A stretch of DNA of 64,000 nt. Origin: an uncultured delta proteobacterium. Lineage in GTDB: Bacteria > Desulfobacterota > Binatia > Binatales > Binataceae. The notes beneath the pieces were generated by a model. The model did not search any database and was not told the DNA's origin. It was given only the letters and a program-made list of their open reading frames with translations. The position numbers and the translations under genes are program-made. Shown piece by piece: positions 36,577 to 46,665 of this stretch (positions are counted from its first letter, which is position 1; the number at the start of each line of letters is the position of its first letter). The stretch lies in NCBI GenBank assembly GCA_963711565.1, contig CAVQEQ010000004.1, forward strand, positions 212,961 to 276,960, read 5' to 3'.

Positions 36577-37576
36577 GCGCCGGCTGATCCATCGTGTGAA
36601 GCATGCGCGCGATCGCCGCGACCAGCGGTGCGAGTTTCTCGCCCTTGTCAGCCGAAATCGGAAACACTTCGAGACCGGTGAGCTTGCGCAGCTTGCGCGC
36701 GGTCTTTGTCACTTCGGCCGCATCGAGCAGATCGATTTTGTTGAGCGCGACAATCGCGAGGCGCTCCGTCAGCACCGGATCGAACGCCGCGATCTCACCG
36801 CGCACAGTCGTAAACGCGGCCGCGGGATCGTCCGCAGCGTCGAGTACGTAAACGATCATCTGCGTGCGCATGATATGCCGCAGGAAACGAATCCCAAGCC
36901 CGTGTCCCTCGTGTGCTCCTTCGATCAGCCCGGGAATATCGGCGAGCGTGAAGCTCTCCTGATCGCCAATCGACACGCGGCCGATATTCGGCGCCAGCGT
37001 CGTGAACGGGTAGGGCGCGATCTTGGGCCGCGCCGCGCTGAGCGCGGTCAGCAGCGTCGATTTGCCCGCATTGGGAAGTCCCACGAGGCCCGCCTCCGCG
37101 ACCAGCCGCAACTCCATGCGGACCCATCGCTGCTCGCCCGCGGTTCCCGGCGTCGCGATTCGCGGCGAGCGCCGAGTCGACGACGCGAAATGCATGTTGC
37201 CGCGGCCGCCTTCGCCACCCTGCGCGATTACCGCCGTGTCACCCGGCATCACAAGGTCCGCGAGCGTCTTGCCGCTCTCGTCATCAAATACGATCGTGCC
37301 GGGCGGCACTCGCACGACAACGTCGTCGGAGCCGTGGCCGTACTGTTCCTTGCCGCGGCCGGACTCGCCGTCCTTCGCGATCAGACGCGGCTGATATTTG
37401 AAATCGAGCAGCGTCGACAAGCCTTCATCGACCTGGAAGATGACGCTGCCGCCGCGCCCGCCGTTGCCGCCCGCCGGTCCGCCGAACGGCCGATACTTCT
37501 CGCGCAGAAACGCGATTGCACCGTCGCCGCCCTTCCCGGCGTGCACGAATACCCTGGCTTCATCGATAAATCGCAT
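36557..37576 (-). CDS. obg: GTPase Obg/CgtA
   Basis: MRFIDEARVFVHAGKGGDGAIAFLREKYRPFGGPAGGNGGRGG is the Obg fold. GLPNAGKST is the G1 motif. Confidence 0.9.
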   Translation of the reverse strand: MRFIDEARVFVHAGKGGDGAIAFLREKYRPFGGPAGGNGGRGGSVIFQVDEGLSTLLDFKYQPRLIAKDGESGRGKEQYGHGSDDVVVRVPPGTIVFDDESGKTLADLVMPGDTAVIAQGGEGGRGNMHFASSTRRSPRIATPGTAGEQRWVRMELRLVAEAGLVGLPNAGKSTLLTALSAARPKIAPYPFTTLAPNIGRVSIGDQESFTLADIPGLIEGAHEGHGLGIRFLRHIMRTQMIVYVLDAADDPAAAFTTVRGEIAAFDPVLTERLAIVALNKIDLLDAAEVTKTARKLRKLTGLEVFPISADKGEKLAPLVAAIARMLHTMDQPAHVPTEL

Positions 37577-37618
37577 GGCGGCGTGATCACGTCAGTCTCT
37601 GCGCTGTGCTCGATTCGA

Positions 37619-37658
37619 GCAACCTAACCCCTAATCCCCTTCCCATAGTGGGAAGGGG
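37619..37658. repeat. Family-2 element, site 2: TTAGGG-like motif plus an 11-bp-stem hairpin
   Basis: caacctaacccctaatCCCCTTCCCAtagTGGGAAGGGG. Confidence 0.5.
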
Positions 37659-37684
37659 AACAATCGCGCTTGGATTTAGTCTTC

Positions 37685-38713
37685 TTACAGACAAATCTCC
37701 GCTAGCGCGCGGACCGTGTTGATGTCGCCGGTGCCGATCAGCATCGTCTTGACCGGTGACGCCTTCCACACCTTGAGCTGGTCCGCGATTCGCTCGCGAT
37801 TACCGACCAGCGCGACCTCATCGACCAGCTTGTCCGGCACCAGCGCCATCGCCTCGGCCTTCTTGCCGGCGAGGAACAGGTCCTGGATTTTCCCCGCAAC
37901 GTCTTCATAGCCGAGCCGCTTGGCGTAGTCGTTGTAGAAATTTTTCGCGCGCGCGCCCATCCCGCCGATGTACAGCGCGAGCATCCCCTTCACCGGCATC
38001 CGGCACTTCTCAACGTCCGGTCCCATGATGCAGGTGACGAACGGCGCGACGTCGAAATTGTCGAGGCTCTTTTTGCCGCCGGTCTTCGCGAAGCCTTCCT
38101 TCAGCGGCGCATCATAGATGTCCCAGCGCTCCGGATTCATCCAGACCGGAATCACGCCGTCCGCGATTTCCCCCGCGAGCGCGATTCCCTTGGGGCTGAT
38201 CGACGCGGTGTAGATTGGCATGTCCTTGCGCCCGTGCAGGATGCTCTTGAGCGGCTTGCCCAGGCCCGAGGCGCCGGGTCCGGTATACGGGATGTCGAAT
38301 TCCTTGCCGTGATGCTCGACGGGAACTTCGCGCGCGAGAATCGTGCGAACGATCTCGATGTACTCGCGCGTGCGCTGCAGCGGTTTGCCGTACGACACGC
38401 CGTGCCAGCCCTCGACCACCTGCGGACCCGACGGCCCGATACCGAGGATGAAGCGGCCGCCCGACAGCGCGTCGATCGTCATCGCGGTCATCGCAGTCAT
38501 GGCGGGAGTGCGTCCCGGCATCTGCATGATACCGGTGCCGAGCCGGATCTTTTTGGTCAGCGCGCCGATCCACGCCAGCGGCGCGATCGCGTCGGAGCCG
38601 TACGCCTCAGCCGTCCACACCGAGTCGAAGCCAACGCGCTCGGCCTCGAGGATCGTGTCCATCGGCAGGCCCATCTGCGCGCCCGAATAGCCTGAGAGTA
38701 AACCTAGTCGCAT
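37685..38713 (-). CDS. LLM-class F420-dependent oxidoreductase (luciferase-like monooxygenase family)
   Basis: A 342-aa [14 protein letters not shown]...[15 protein letters not shown]...[17 protein letters not shown] is a TIM-barrel LLM signature. It interrupts the canonical obg-rpmA linkage. Confidence 0.75.
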   Translation of the reverse strand: MRLGLLSGYSGAQMGLPMDTILEAERVGFDSVWTAEAYGSDAIAPLAWIGALTKKIRLGTGIMQMPGRTPAMTAMTAMTIDALSGGRFILGIGPSGPQVVEGWHGVSYGKPLQRTREYIEIVRTILAREVPVEHHGKEFDIPYTGPGASGLGKPLKSILHGRKDMPIYTASISPKGIALAGEIADGVIPVWMNPERWDIYDAPLKEGFAKTGGKKSLDNFDVAPFVTCIMGPDVEKCRMPVKGMLALYIGGMGARAKNFYNDYAKRLGYEDVAGKIQDLFLAGKKAEAMALVPDKLVDEVALVGNRERIADQLKVWKASPVKTMLIGTGDINTVRALAEICL

Positions 38714-38768
38714 CGAAATTCCTCCCGTCGCGGAAGAGTCCGCGACACGTGTCGATTAAAGTCGCGTC

Positions 38769-38804
38769 AAAAAAAGAAGCCCCACGGCATTGCCGCAGGG
38801 CTTC
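38769..38804 (-). terminator. Rho-independent terminator downstream of rpmA
   Basis: On the minus strand the hairpin GAAGCCC-TGCGGCAaTGCCGtg-GGGCTTC is followed by TTTTTTT. Confidence 0.6.
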
Positions 38805-38827
38805 AGCTCAATTACGTTCCAAACGAT

Positions 38828-39115
38828 CTACGCAGACGCCCCTGCGGTGTTTTCGCTGCCGGCGGGGAGCGGCTCGACGCTCACTTGCCGCTTCTCACCC
38901 TTCGGCTCGTACTTAACCACACCGTCGATGAGCGCGTAAATCGTATAGTCGCGGCCAAGGCCGACGTTGCGTCCCGGATGCACGCGCGTGCCGCACTGGC
39001 GGACGAGGATATTGCCGGCCTTGACGGTCTGGCCCGCGTAAATTTTGATACCACGGCGCTGGCCCGGACTATCGCGGCCATTGCGCGTCGAACCCTGGCC
39101 TTTTTTGTGCGCCAC
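38828..39115 (-). CDS. rpmA: 50S ribosomal protein L27
   Basis: [16 protein letters not shown]...IYAGQ...GNILVRQ is L27. Confidence 0.95.
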   Translation of the reverse strand: MAHKKGQGSTRNGRDSPGQRRGIKIYAGQTVKAGNILVRQCGTRVHPGRNVGLGRDYTIYALIDGVVKYEPKGEKRQVSVEPLPAGSENTAGASA

Positions 39116-39178
39116 GCAGTGTCTCCTGGGATGAGCGGCCTTCCGGGCCGCAGTTCAATTAGAAATCGCGCGACGCGA

Positions 39179-39493
39179 TTATGCGCCCGCGGAAATTTCC
39201 TCGATTTTGAGAACGGTCAGCTCCTGCCGATGCCCGCGTTTACGGCGGTAATTCTTGCGGCGCTTTTTCTTGAACACGATTATCTTCGTGCCGCGCGGCT
39301 GCTGAACGATCTTCGCCGTCACCGACGCGCCCGCGACGACCGGTGTGCCGACCTTGGGCGCGTCGCCGCCGACCGCCAGCACCTGGTCAAGTGATATAGC
39401 CGCGCCCACGTCGCCTTCGAGCCGCTCGACCGTAATCTGGTCGCCGACGCCGACGCGGTACTGTTTTCCGCCTGTCTTTACTATTGCAAACAT
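39179..39493 (-). CDS. rplU: 50S ribosomal protein L21
   Basis: [14 protein letters not shown]...[11 protein letters not shown] is L21. Confidence 0.95.
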   Translation of the reverse strand: MFAIVKTGGKQYRVGVGDQITVERLEGDVGAAISLDQVLAVGGDAPKVGTPVVAGASVTAKIVQQPRGTKIIVFKKKRRKNYRRKRGHRQELTVLKIEEISAGA

Positions 39494-39537
39494 CGCTTAT
39501 GTCGAACGAACACAATTATCGGACGCAGTCTGGCAAG

Positions 39538-39792
39538 TCAACGCGGCGCGTGTTCCTGATTCAAGGAACTAGCGACAGATCGACGAAGAGGAATTCCCAG
39601 CCACAAACAGGTTAGAAAGCCGACTCCGACAAAGATGAAGGCCTTTATGAATATTCGCTCAAACTCAGAAAAAGTGTTCCAAAATACAAAATCGAATAGA
39701 CAATCGAGACCAAAGGACACCGTAGCGACGACAAAAATCCAGTATAGACCCAGTCCAGTTCCAGTTCGCTTTATGGAGTGTTGATCAATCAA
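39538..39792 (-). CDS. AT-rich small membrane ORF (84 aa), questionable
   Basis: Two hydrophobic helices. GC is much lower than the neighbouring DNA. Based on ORF integrity only. Confidence 0.25.
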   Translation of the reverse strand: MIDQHSIKRTGTGLGLYWIFVVATVSFGLDCLFDFVFWNTFSEFERIFIKAFIFVGVGFLTCLWLGIPLRRSVASSLNQEHAPR

Positions 39793-40327
39793 TGCCGAGT
39801 CTCTCGCGCCCCTCTGGCGAGATCATCTGCGGCGTCCATGGCGGATCCCAGACCAGATCGACATCCGCCTCCGACACTCCCGGCAGGCTCATGATTTTGT
39901 AGCGCGCGTCGGTTGCGATCGACGCGCCCATCCCGCAGCCCTGCGCCGTCAGCGTCATCTTCACTTCGACTTTCTTGGTGCCGTCGTCGGCGTCCTTCAC
40001 TTCCATTCCATAGACGAGGCCGAGGTCCACGATGTTGACGGGAATCTCCGGATCGAAGCAGGTCTTGAGCTGCTCCCAAACCATCGCTTCGAGGTCGCCG
40101 CCGCCGGACGCCGACACTGCGCCCGCATCCGCAGGAGTTTTGCCGAGCGCGTCGGCGTCTTTGCCGGCGACGCGGAAGAGGCCGCCGTATGCGGGAATCT
40201 GCAACGTGAAGGTTCCGCCGAGCGATTGCGTGATAAAGGCTTCGAGCCCCTTTTCGAGCATCATCTTGTTCCCGGCCGGGACCTGCACGCCTTCGCATTC
40301 GCGGGCCAACTCAACGCGTTCCATCAT
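39785..40327 (-). CDS. DUF59 (MIP18/SufT-like) Fe-S cluster assembly protein with an N-terminal extension
   Basis: The C-terminus DPEIPVNIVDLGLVYGMEV...LTAQGCGMG...DPPWT matches the DUF59/SufT fold. Confidence 0.55.
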   Translation of the reverse strand: MMERVELARECEGVQVPAGNKMMLEKGLEAFITQSLGGTFTLQIPAYGGLFRVAGKDADALGKTPADAGAVSASGGGDLEAMVWEQLKTCFDPEIPVNIVDLGLVYGMEVKDADDGTKKVEVKMTLTAQGCGMGASIATDARYKIMSLPGVSEADVDLVWDPPWTPQMISPEGRERLGID

Positions 40328-40517
40328 CGGCTAATACCTTCCTTGTCAGAGCCACTATTCTAACCACCGAATCTCCTCGTGTCATCACGGCGAGAGCATG
40401 GCATGGCGCGCATGGAATGGCGGGCACGGCGGCCCGCCCCACTGCATTCAATTCGATGAGTTGCTCGCGCGCGTTGCGGTCGCGAGGTGCTCCTGCTAAA
40501 GCGAAGGAAGGACGAAG

Positions 40518-42407
40518 GTGCGGGTGGTGGAAGAGGCGGGAATACCGGGCGCGAATCAGCCTCATTTCGGCGTTTCGGCCAAGCAGAAGCTCTACGAGTT
40601 TCTGTGCTCGCGGCCGGCGGGCGCCGATGCGGGCGAGCTGATCGGTTTGCTGCTTAGCGGAGTCGGCTCGGATCCCGAACTCGGCGCGCGATTGGTTCGC
40701 CAACTCATCGGCGACGATCCGAATTTTATTTTCGATAACGACGCTGCGCAGTGGCGGCTCGCGCAAAGCGATCGGCTCCGCGTCGGGCTTGACGCGGCCG
40801 AGTTTACTGTCGTCGATCTCGAGACTACGGGCGGACGCGCCGGTCCGGGCACGATCATCGAGATCGGCGCTTACCGAATGGTTGGTAAGCGGCTCACCGA
40901 ATCATTCTCGCAGCTCGTTCGCCCGCATGGCGGCGTCGTGCCGCGCTTTATCACCGGGCTCACGTCGATCACGACCGAGATGGTTCGCGAGGCGCCACCG
41001 ATCGAGGACGTGCTGCCCGCGTTTCGCGAGTTTATGGGCGACCGCGTGATGGTCGCGCACAACGCGGCCTTCGATTTCGGATTTCTCGACTTCGAATATC
41101 GGCGCATCTTCGGCATCGGACTCGCCAATCCCGTCCTGTGCACGCTGCGGATGGCGCGCCGCTTCATGCCGTCGCTCAAGCGCCGCCGGCTCGACTTGCT
41201 CGCGACGCATTTCGGGCTCTCGCTCGAAGGACGGCATCGCGGCCTCGGCGACGCGCGGATGGCCGCGGAGATTCTTTCTATTTTTCTCGAGATGGCGCAC
41301 CGGATGGGCATCACGCGGCTCGACCGCCTGCTCGACGACCATCATCGCGGAATCGCCGGCAAACGAATCGAGCGTCACGTGCCGCCCGAGGAAATCGCGG
41401 CACTGCCGCATGCGCCGGGCGTTTACCTGATGCGCAATGAGCGCGGCGATTTGCTCTACATCGGCAAGGCGCGGCGGCTCCGGGAGCGGGTCAGCTCATA
41501 CTTCTCCGCGTCGGTGAAGGCGAAGACGGCGGAGCTCGTCTCGCACGTTTACAAAATCGAGACGCGGGTGACGCGCTCGCCGCTCGAGGCGGCGCTCGAC
41601 GAGGTGCGGCTCATCCGCGAACTGAAACCGCCGTACAACAGGATGCTCAAGTCGGCGGCGCCGGCGTATTTCATCAAGCTCGACCTGATGGACGAATTTC
41701 CGCGCGTGACGCTCTCCACCAGGATGAGCGCGCGGCGCGGCGTGATGCATCTCGGGCCGTTCATCGGCCGCCGCGGTATCGAGCATTCAGTTCGCGCGCT
41801 GTCGCGAATCCTCGGCCTGCGCACCTGCGGCGGGAAACTAGCGCCGAGCGAAGAAATCTCGCCATGCATCTACGGCCAGATGGGCCACTGCACCGCGCCA
41901 TGTAACGTCAGCATCGGCGAAGAAAAATACGCGGAGCGGGTTCGACGCGCGGTTGGTTTTTTACGCGGGCGCAGCGGCCCTATCCTCGGCGAGCTGGCGC
42001 GGGCGCGCGACCAGGCCGCGGCCGCGATGCGCTTTGAAGAGGCGGCGCGCTTTCGGCGTTATCTCGAAGAGCTGACCACGCTGGCGCATCGCGCGAGCCG
42101 TCTCAGCGAGGTCGTGACGGAAAACAATCTGGTGATCGTGACCGGCAACAATGGAGATCGCGCGGCGCACGTCGTGCTGTCGGGACGGCTTGCGATGACG
42201 ATCAAGCTCGAGGGTTGCGAGGCAGCGTGTGAGGTGGTTCAGTTCGTCGCGGACAATTACGAGCGGTACAAGTTGAAGGCCGTCGAGCGCGGAGAGTTGG
42301 AACAGATGACGATCGTCGCGCGATGGCTTCGGGAGCGCACGCCCGACGAGGGCCGGCTTTTCCATCTCGCCGGCCCACATCTGGATCCCCTCGCGCTGGC
42401 GCATTGA
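40518..42407 (+). CDS. Fusion protein: DnaQ-like 3'-5' exonuclease (DEDDh) plus a GIY-YIG/UvrC-homology (Cho-like) nuclease
   Basis: FTVVDLETTG..., HNAAFDFGFL and HRGLGDARMAAE are the Exo I-III motifs. GVYLMRNERGDLLYIGKARRLRERVSSYF is GIY-YIG. CIYGQMGHCTAPC resembles the UvrC Cys cluster. Confidence 0.75.
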   Translation: MRVVEEAGIPGANQPHFGVSAKQKLYEFLCSRPAGADAGELIGLLLSGVGSDPELGARLVRQLIGDDPNFIFDNDAAQWRLAQSDRLRVGLDAAEFTVVDLETTGGRAGPGTIIEIGAYRMVGKRLTESFSQLVRPHGGVVPRFITGLTSITTEMVREAPPIEDVLPAFREFMGDRVMVAHNAAFDFGFLDFEYRRIFGIGLANPVLCTLRMARRFMPSLKRRRLDLLATHFGLSLEGRHRGLGDARMAAEILSIFLEMAHRMGITRLDRLLDDHHRGIAGKRIERHVPPEEIAALPHAPGVYLMRNERGDLLYIGKARRLRERVSSYFSASVKAKTAELVSHVYKIETRVTRSPLEAALDEVRLIRELKPPYNRMLKSAAPAYFIKLDLMDEFPRVTLSTRMSARRGVMHLGPFIGRRGIEHSVRALSRILGLRTCGGKLAPSEEISPCIYGQMGHCTAPCNVSIGEEKYAERVRRAVGFLRGRSGPILGELARARDQAAAAMRFEEAARFRRYLEELTTLAHRASRLSEVVTENNLVIVTGNNGDRAAHVVLSGRLAMTIKLEGCEAACEVVQFVADNYERYKLKAVERGELEQMTIVARWLRERTPDEGRLFHLAGPHLDPLALAH

Positions 42408-42434
42408 TCGCCAACTGTCGCCGCCGCGCGCGCG

Positions 42435-44924
42435 CTATTTCTTCGGGTGCGTTCCCTCGCCGGTCAAGCCGACAGAACTCGGCGAGTTGCTCGCGTTGCT
42501 GTCGATCGTCAGGGTGCCGTCGCGCGCGCCGAGCGCGGTGGGCGAGAACCGGACCTTCACGGTGCATTTGGCCTTGGGCCTGATGCTCGCGCCGCAGCCG
42601 TTTACTATCGCGAAATCGCCGCCGGCAGCGATGCTCGAAAAGGTGACCGCCGTGGTCTTGCTCTTATTCTGAATCGTGACCTTGCGGGGCTTGCTGACGC
42701 CGTCATTTCCGAACACGACCTTGCCGAGCTTGAGAGCGTGCGGTGAGACCTTCAGCGTGGCGGGGACCGGCGTGACCGTGGGAGTCGCCGTAGGAGTCAA
42801 AGTCGCGGTGGCAGTCGCCGTGGGGGTTGCGGTCGCCGTCACGGTCGTAGTGGTAATCGGCGTGCCGGTAGCAGTCACGGTCGATGTCGGCGTGCCGGAT
42901 GGGGTCGCGGTCGGCGTCTGAGTCGCAGTGACAGTACTAGTCGGCGTCGCTGTTACAGTTGCAGTGTTTGTCGCGGTTGCGGTCGGGGTGCCGGTCGCCG
43001 TGACGGTCGGCGTGCCGGTTGCCGTTGCGGTTTGAGTTGCGGTCGCAGTCGGAGTTGGCGTCGCGGTGCCGGTTGCAGTTGTCGTCGCAGTGTCGGTCGC
43101 GGTCGGAGTAGCCGTTGGAGTCGCGCTGGCGGTGGCGGTCGATGTTGGCGTCTCTGTGGTAGTCGCGGTCGTCGTTGCGGTGCCGGTCGGCGTCGCCGTT
43201 GCGGTATCAGTCACCGTCGCAGTTGCGGTGCCGGTTGCCGTGACAGTTGATGTCGGAGTGTTGGTAGCCGTCACGGTCGCAGTCTGAGTCGCAGTTGGCG
43301 TATCGGTAGGTGTGGCCGTTGCGGTTGCGGTATCAGTTGTAGTCGCAGTTGCACTATCGGTAGCCGTGACAGTTGATGTCGGAGTGTCGGTAGCCGTTGC
43401 GGTCGCGGTCTGAGTCGCAGTTGGCGTTGCCGTGGCAGTATCCGTGGCAGTCGCGGCTGGCGTGCCGGTCGGCGTGGCCGTTGCGGTTGCGGTGTCAGTC
43501 GCTGTTGCGGTCGCAGTGACGGTTGGTGTCGGAGTATCGGTAAGTGTTGCAGTCGCGGTCTGAGTCGCAGTCGGGGTATCGGTCGCGGTTGTGGTTGCCG
43601 TGGCAGTATCCGTGGCAGTCGCGGCTGGCGTGCTGGTCGGCGTGGCCGTCGCGGTATCAGTCGCTGTCGCAGTGGCAGTATCGGTAGCCGTGGCAGTTGA
43701 TGTCGGAGTGTCGGTAGCCGTTGGGGTCGCGGTCTGAGTCGCGGTGGGGGTATCGGTAGACACCGCGGTATCGGTTGCGGTCGCGGTTGCGGTCGCCTTG
43801 GCCGTCGGCGTTGGACTCGAGGACGGTATCATGGGGTTGTCGAAAACTAGCACGCGATTGTTCGCCTGGTCGGCGGTGTACAGGTTGCCCGCCGGATCCA
43901 TCGCTACGCCGGCCGGATGGCACATCGCGCTGGCGCTGGGCGCGGGATCGCCGGGTGCGGAGTCGGCGCAGAAGCTGTCGGCGAAATCGGTGCCGCTCGC
44001 ACCTTGTCCAAGGACCAGGTCGGCCGTGACGTTGCCTGTCGCCACGGGCTGGTTGTATTCGAGCACGCGATTGTTGGCTTGGTCGGCGACGATCAGGTCC
44101 CCGAAACTGTCGAGGCTGACACCGACGGGATTGCAAATTCCGGTGGCACTCGGCGGCGGCCCCGCCGAGCTCGAGCATACGTCGGTCGTTAAGCTCGCAG
44201 CGGTGCCGGCGGCGCCCTGGCCGAAAACCAGGTCCGCGGTCGTGTCACCCGCGCCAGTGATTGGATTGAACAAAGCCAGCGGTTGATTGAACTCGAGCAC
44301 GCGTGAGTTGCCCGAGTCGGCGACAAACAGGTCGCCCGACGGATCGGTAAGCAGCCCGCGCGGAGTGCATAGCGTGTTCGCGGTCGGACCGCTGCCACCG
44401 TTGCATTGGCCGGTGGTGAAAATTCCGCTCTGTCCGAACACGTTGTCGGCGATCGTGTCGCCGGCGTTGAATTCGAGGACGCGATTATTGTTCGTATCGG
44501 ATACGTACAGATTTCCCAGCCCATCTACCGTCAGACCTTCCGGCATGCACATCGTCGAGGCGTTGATAGTGCCCGGGTCCGTGCCGAGGTCGCATACGTT
44601 GGTCGTGAAACTGCCGCCTTGTCCGAACACCCGAATTGCGCTCAATCCGACGGGCGGCGAACCGCCGGCAAACGGAGCGGCGTATTCGAGCACGCGATTG
44701 TTGTCGGCGTCGGCCACATACAGATCGCCCGAAGCGTCCACCGCCACGTCGATCGGATCGCATAGGCTGGCCGCGCCGATTCCGCCGTCGTTGCATCCGA
44801 TCGAGAGGGCATCTGGCTGCCCGATGACGAGAGTGGCGGGCTCGTCGTTGGCGAATGCGCCGACGTCGGCCCATCCGAGCACGCGATTGTTGAGCGAGTC
44901 GGCGACGTAGAGGCGGTACGGCAA
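42435..44924 (-). CDS. NHL-repeat surface protein, C-terminal part: NHL repeats, a Thr/Ala/Pro linker and a choice-of-anchor-D/ASH-like beta-sandwich. It is probably continuous with the ORF at 44950-46423 via a frameshift.
   Basis: Repeated ...[13 protein letters not shown]... units are followed by ~300 aa of TATAT linker. The C-terminal domain is homologous to the S53 protease C-terminus. Confidence 0.65.
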   Translation of the reverse strand: MPYRLYVADSLNNRVLGWADVGAFANDEPATLVIGQPDALSIGCNDGGIGAASLCDPIDVAVDASGDLYVADADNNRVLEYAAPFAGGSPPVGLSAIRVFGQGGSFTTNVCDLGTDPGTINASTMCMPEGLTVDGLGNLYVSDTNNNRVLEFNAGDTIADNVFGQSGIFTTGQCNGGSGPTANTLCTPRGLLTDPSGDLFVADSGNSRVLEFNQPLALFNPITGAGDTTADLVFGQGAAGTAASLTTDVCSSSAGPPPSATGICNPVGVSLDSFGDLIVADQANNRVLEYNQPVATGNVTADLVLGQGASGTDFADSFCADSAPGDPAPSASAMCHPAGVAMDPAGNLYTADQANNRVLVFDNPMIPSSSPTPTAKATATATATDTAVSTDTPTATQTATPTATDTPTSTATATDTATATATDTATATPTSTPAATATDTATATTTATDTPTATQTATATLTDTPTPTVTATATATDTATATATPTGTPAATATDTATATPTATQTATATATDTPTSTVTATDSATATTTDTATATATPTDTPTATQTATVTATNTPTSTVTATGTATATVTDTATATPTGTATTTATTTETPTSTATASATPTATPTATDTATTTATGTATPTPTATATQTATATGTPTVTATGTPTATATNTATVTATPTSTVTATQTPTATPSGTPTSTVTATGTPITTTTVTATATPTATATATLTPTATPTVTPVPATLKVSPHALKLGKVVFGNDGVSKPRKVTIQNKSKTTAVTFSSIAAGGDFAIVNGCGASIRPKAKCTVKVRFSPTALGARDGTLTIDSNASNSPSSVGLTGEGTHPKK

Positions 44925-44949
44925 GCCGCCGCTGGGATCGATCGCGAGT

Positions 44950-46423
44950 CCGGCCTGCCCTGCAGCGCGGACGCCGTCGGGTTGTTGACGCCGTTATGAG
45001 ACAAGTCCGCTTCGCCGAGCACCAGGCTCGCCACCGGCGGAGACGCTTGCGGAGCCGTGTACTCGAGCACCCGGTTGTTCGATGCGTCCGCGACAAACAC
45101 GTCGCCCAGACTGTCCAGCGCAACTCCGTCCGGCTGACAGAGAACTGATCCGCTCGGCGCGATCTCGGTGGTGCCGCCGCAGACGCCGGTGGTGAAGCTG
45201 CCGCTCTGGCCGAAGACAACGTCCGCCGTCACGTCGCCGCTACCGCCGGGCGTGCCGGGCGTTCCGCCGCCGGCGGCGAGCGGGGTCAGATATTCGAGCA
45301 CGCGGCTGTTACTGATATCGGTCACGAACAAGTCGCCCGCAGCGTCGAGCGCGATTCCGCTCAAGTTGCAGAGGCCGTCCGCGCTCGTCGGATCGCCGTT
45401 GCCGTCGTAGCAGATGGAGTCGGTGAAATCGGTTCCACTCGAGCCCTGGCCGAAGACCAGGTCGGCGGTGACGTTGCCGTCGCTGCTGGTGACAGGATTG
45501 AAGGTTGTGAGCGGCTGATTGAACTCGAGCACGCGATGATCGCCATCGTCCCCGACGTAAACATTCGCCGCGCCGTCGACGGCAACTGACAAGGGGTTGC
45601 ACATCCCGACGTTGGTCGCGCTGCCGTTGTCCAGCACGCAACTATTGTCGGTAAAGTCGATGCCGCTCGCGCCTTGTCCAAAGACGAGGTCCGCGATGGT
45701 GTCGCCCGCGCCCGTGACGGGATTGAACACTCCCAACGGCTGATTGTATTCGAGCACGCGGCTATTGCCCGCGTCGGCGACGTAAAGATTGTTGTTCGAA
45801 TCGGATGCGACGCCCTGCGGAGAACACAGGCCCGCCGCCGTCTGCGCACATACGGTCTGGGTGAAGCTGCCGCCTTGACCGAACACGACATTGGCCGCAA
45901 AGCCGGCGCTGATCGCCTGCGTGAACGGCAGATTGTATTCGAGCACGCGATTGTTGCTCGTGTCCGCAACGTAGAGATTGCCCGCGCTATCGACCGCAAC
46001 TCCGCCGGGCAGGCACAGACTGTCCGCGCCAAGGCCCGCGACGTCGGCGAGCGCGGTGCCGCTATTGCACCGCGTGGTCTGAAAATCGGGTTGGCCGATC
46101 TCGATGTCCGCATTCTGGCCGTTGGTGAAGCTGTTGGCGTCATTCCAGCCCAGCACGCGGTTGTTGCTGCCGTCTACGACATACAGATGCTCGGGCGAGC
46201 TGTTCAGATCGACCGCCATCTGGCTCGGCGAATTGAGACTCGCCGCGCCGGGGTTGTTGATTCCGTTGTGCGCGAAGTCGATTTGTCCGAGCACCGCATC
46301 CGCGATGTAATCGCCGGTCGCCGCCGGCAACGCCGTCACCATGAACAGGGCGACGATTGATACGACCGCGATAGTGCCGAGACGGATGCTGGAAAATGTG
46401 CGCGACGGTTTTCGTGCGGGCAT
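44950..46423 (-). CDS. NHL-repeat surface protein, N-terminal part (signal peptide plus NHL repeats), interrupted by an apparent -1 frameshift near 44950
   Basis: The signal peptide is [35 protein letters not shown]. Units [14 protein letters not shown] and [14 protein letters not shown] are present. The frame switches inside a repeat unit (ALQGRPD | [18 protein letters not shown]). Confidence 0.6.
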
Positions 46424-46665
46424 GCTGTTCTCCATCAGTCGCCGCACGATCGATTCGACCTGCCGCAGCGAGACGACATTCAAGCAGTGTCGTGCCCGCG
46501 CAATAGCGAGGTAAGTGGGATGACAATTTGTGCCTAAACATACTGCCGCGCGAACGCCGCGGCGCGTCGCGGAGCGGAGCCACCTTCGTTAGCGTGGAGT
46601 AGGGCGAGGAGATTCGGCGGGCGCATCTTGATGGGTCGAAAAGCGCCCGTCACCGCGACATTCTG

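Noticed and set aside
36575-37627. 350-aa plus-strand ORF
   Set aside because: Antisense to obg.
40311-40766. 151-aa minus-strand ORF overlapping the start of the DnaQ-GIY-YIG gene
   Set aside because: Overlaps a strongly supported gene and has no motifs. It is probably a shadow ORF. The true start of the fusion gene may be 40518 or slightly downstream.
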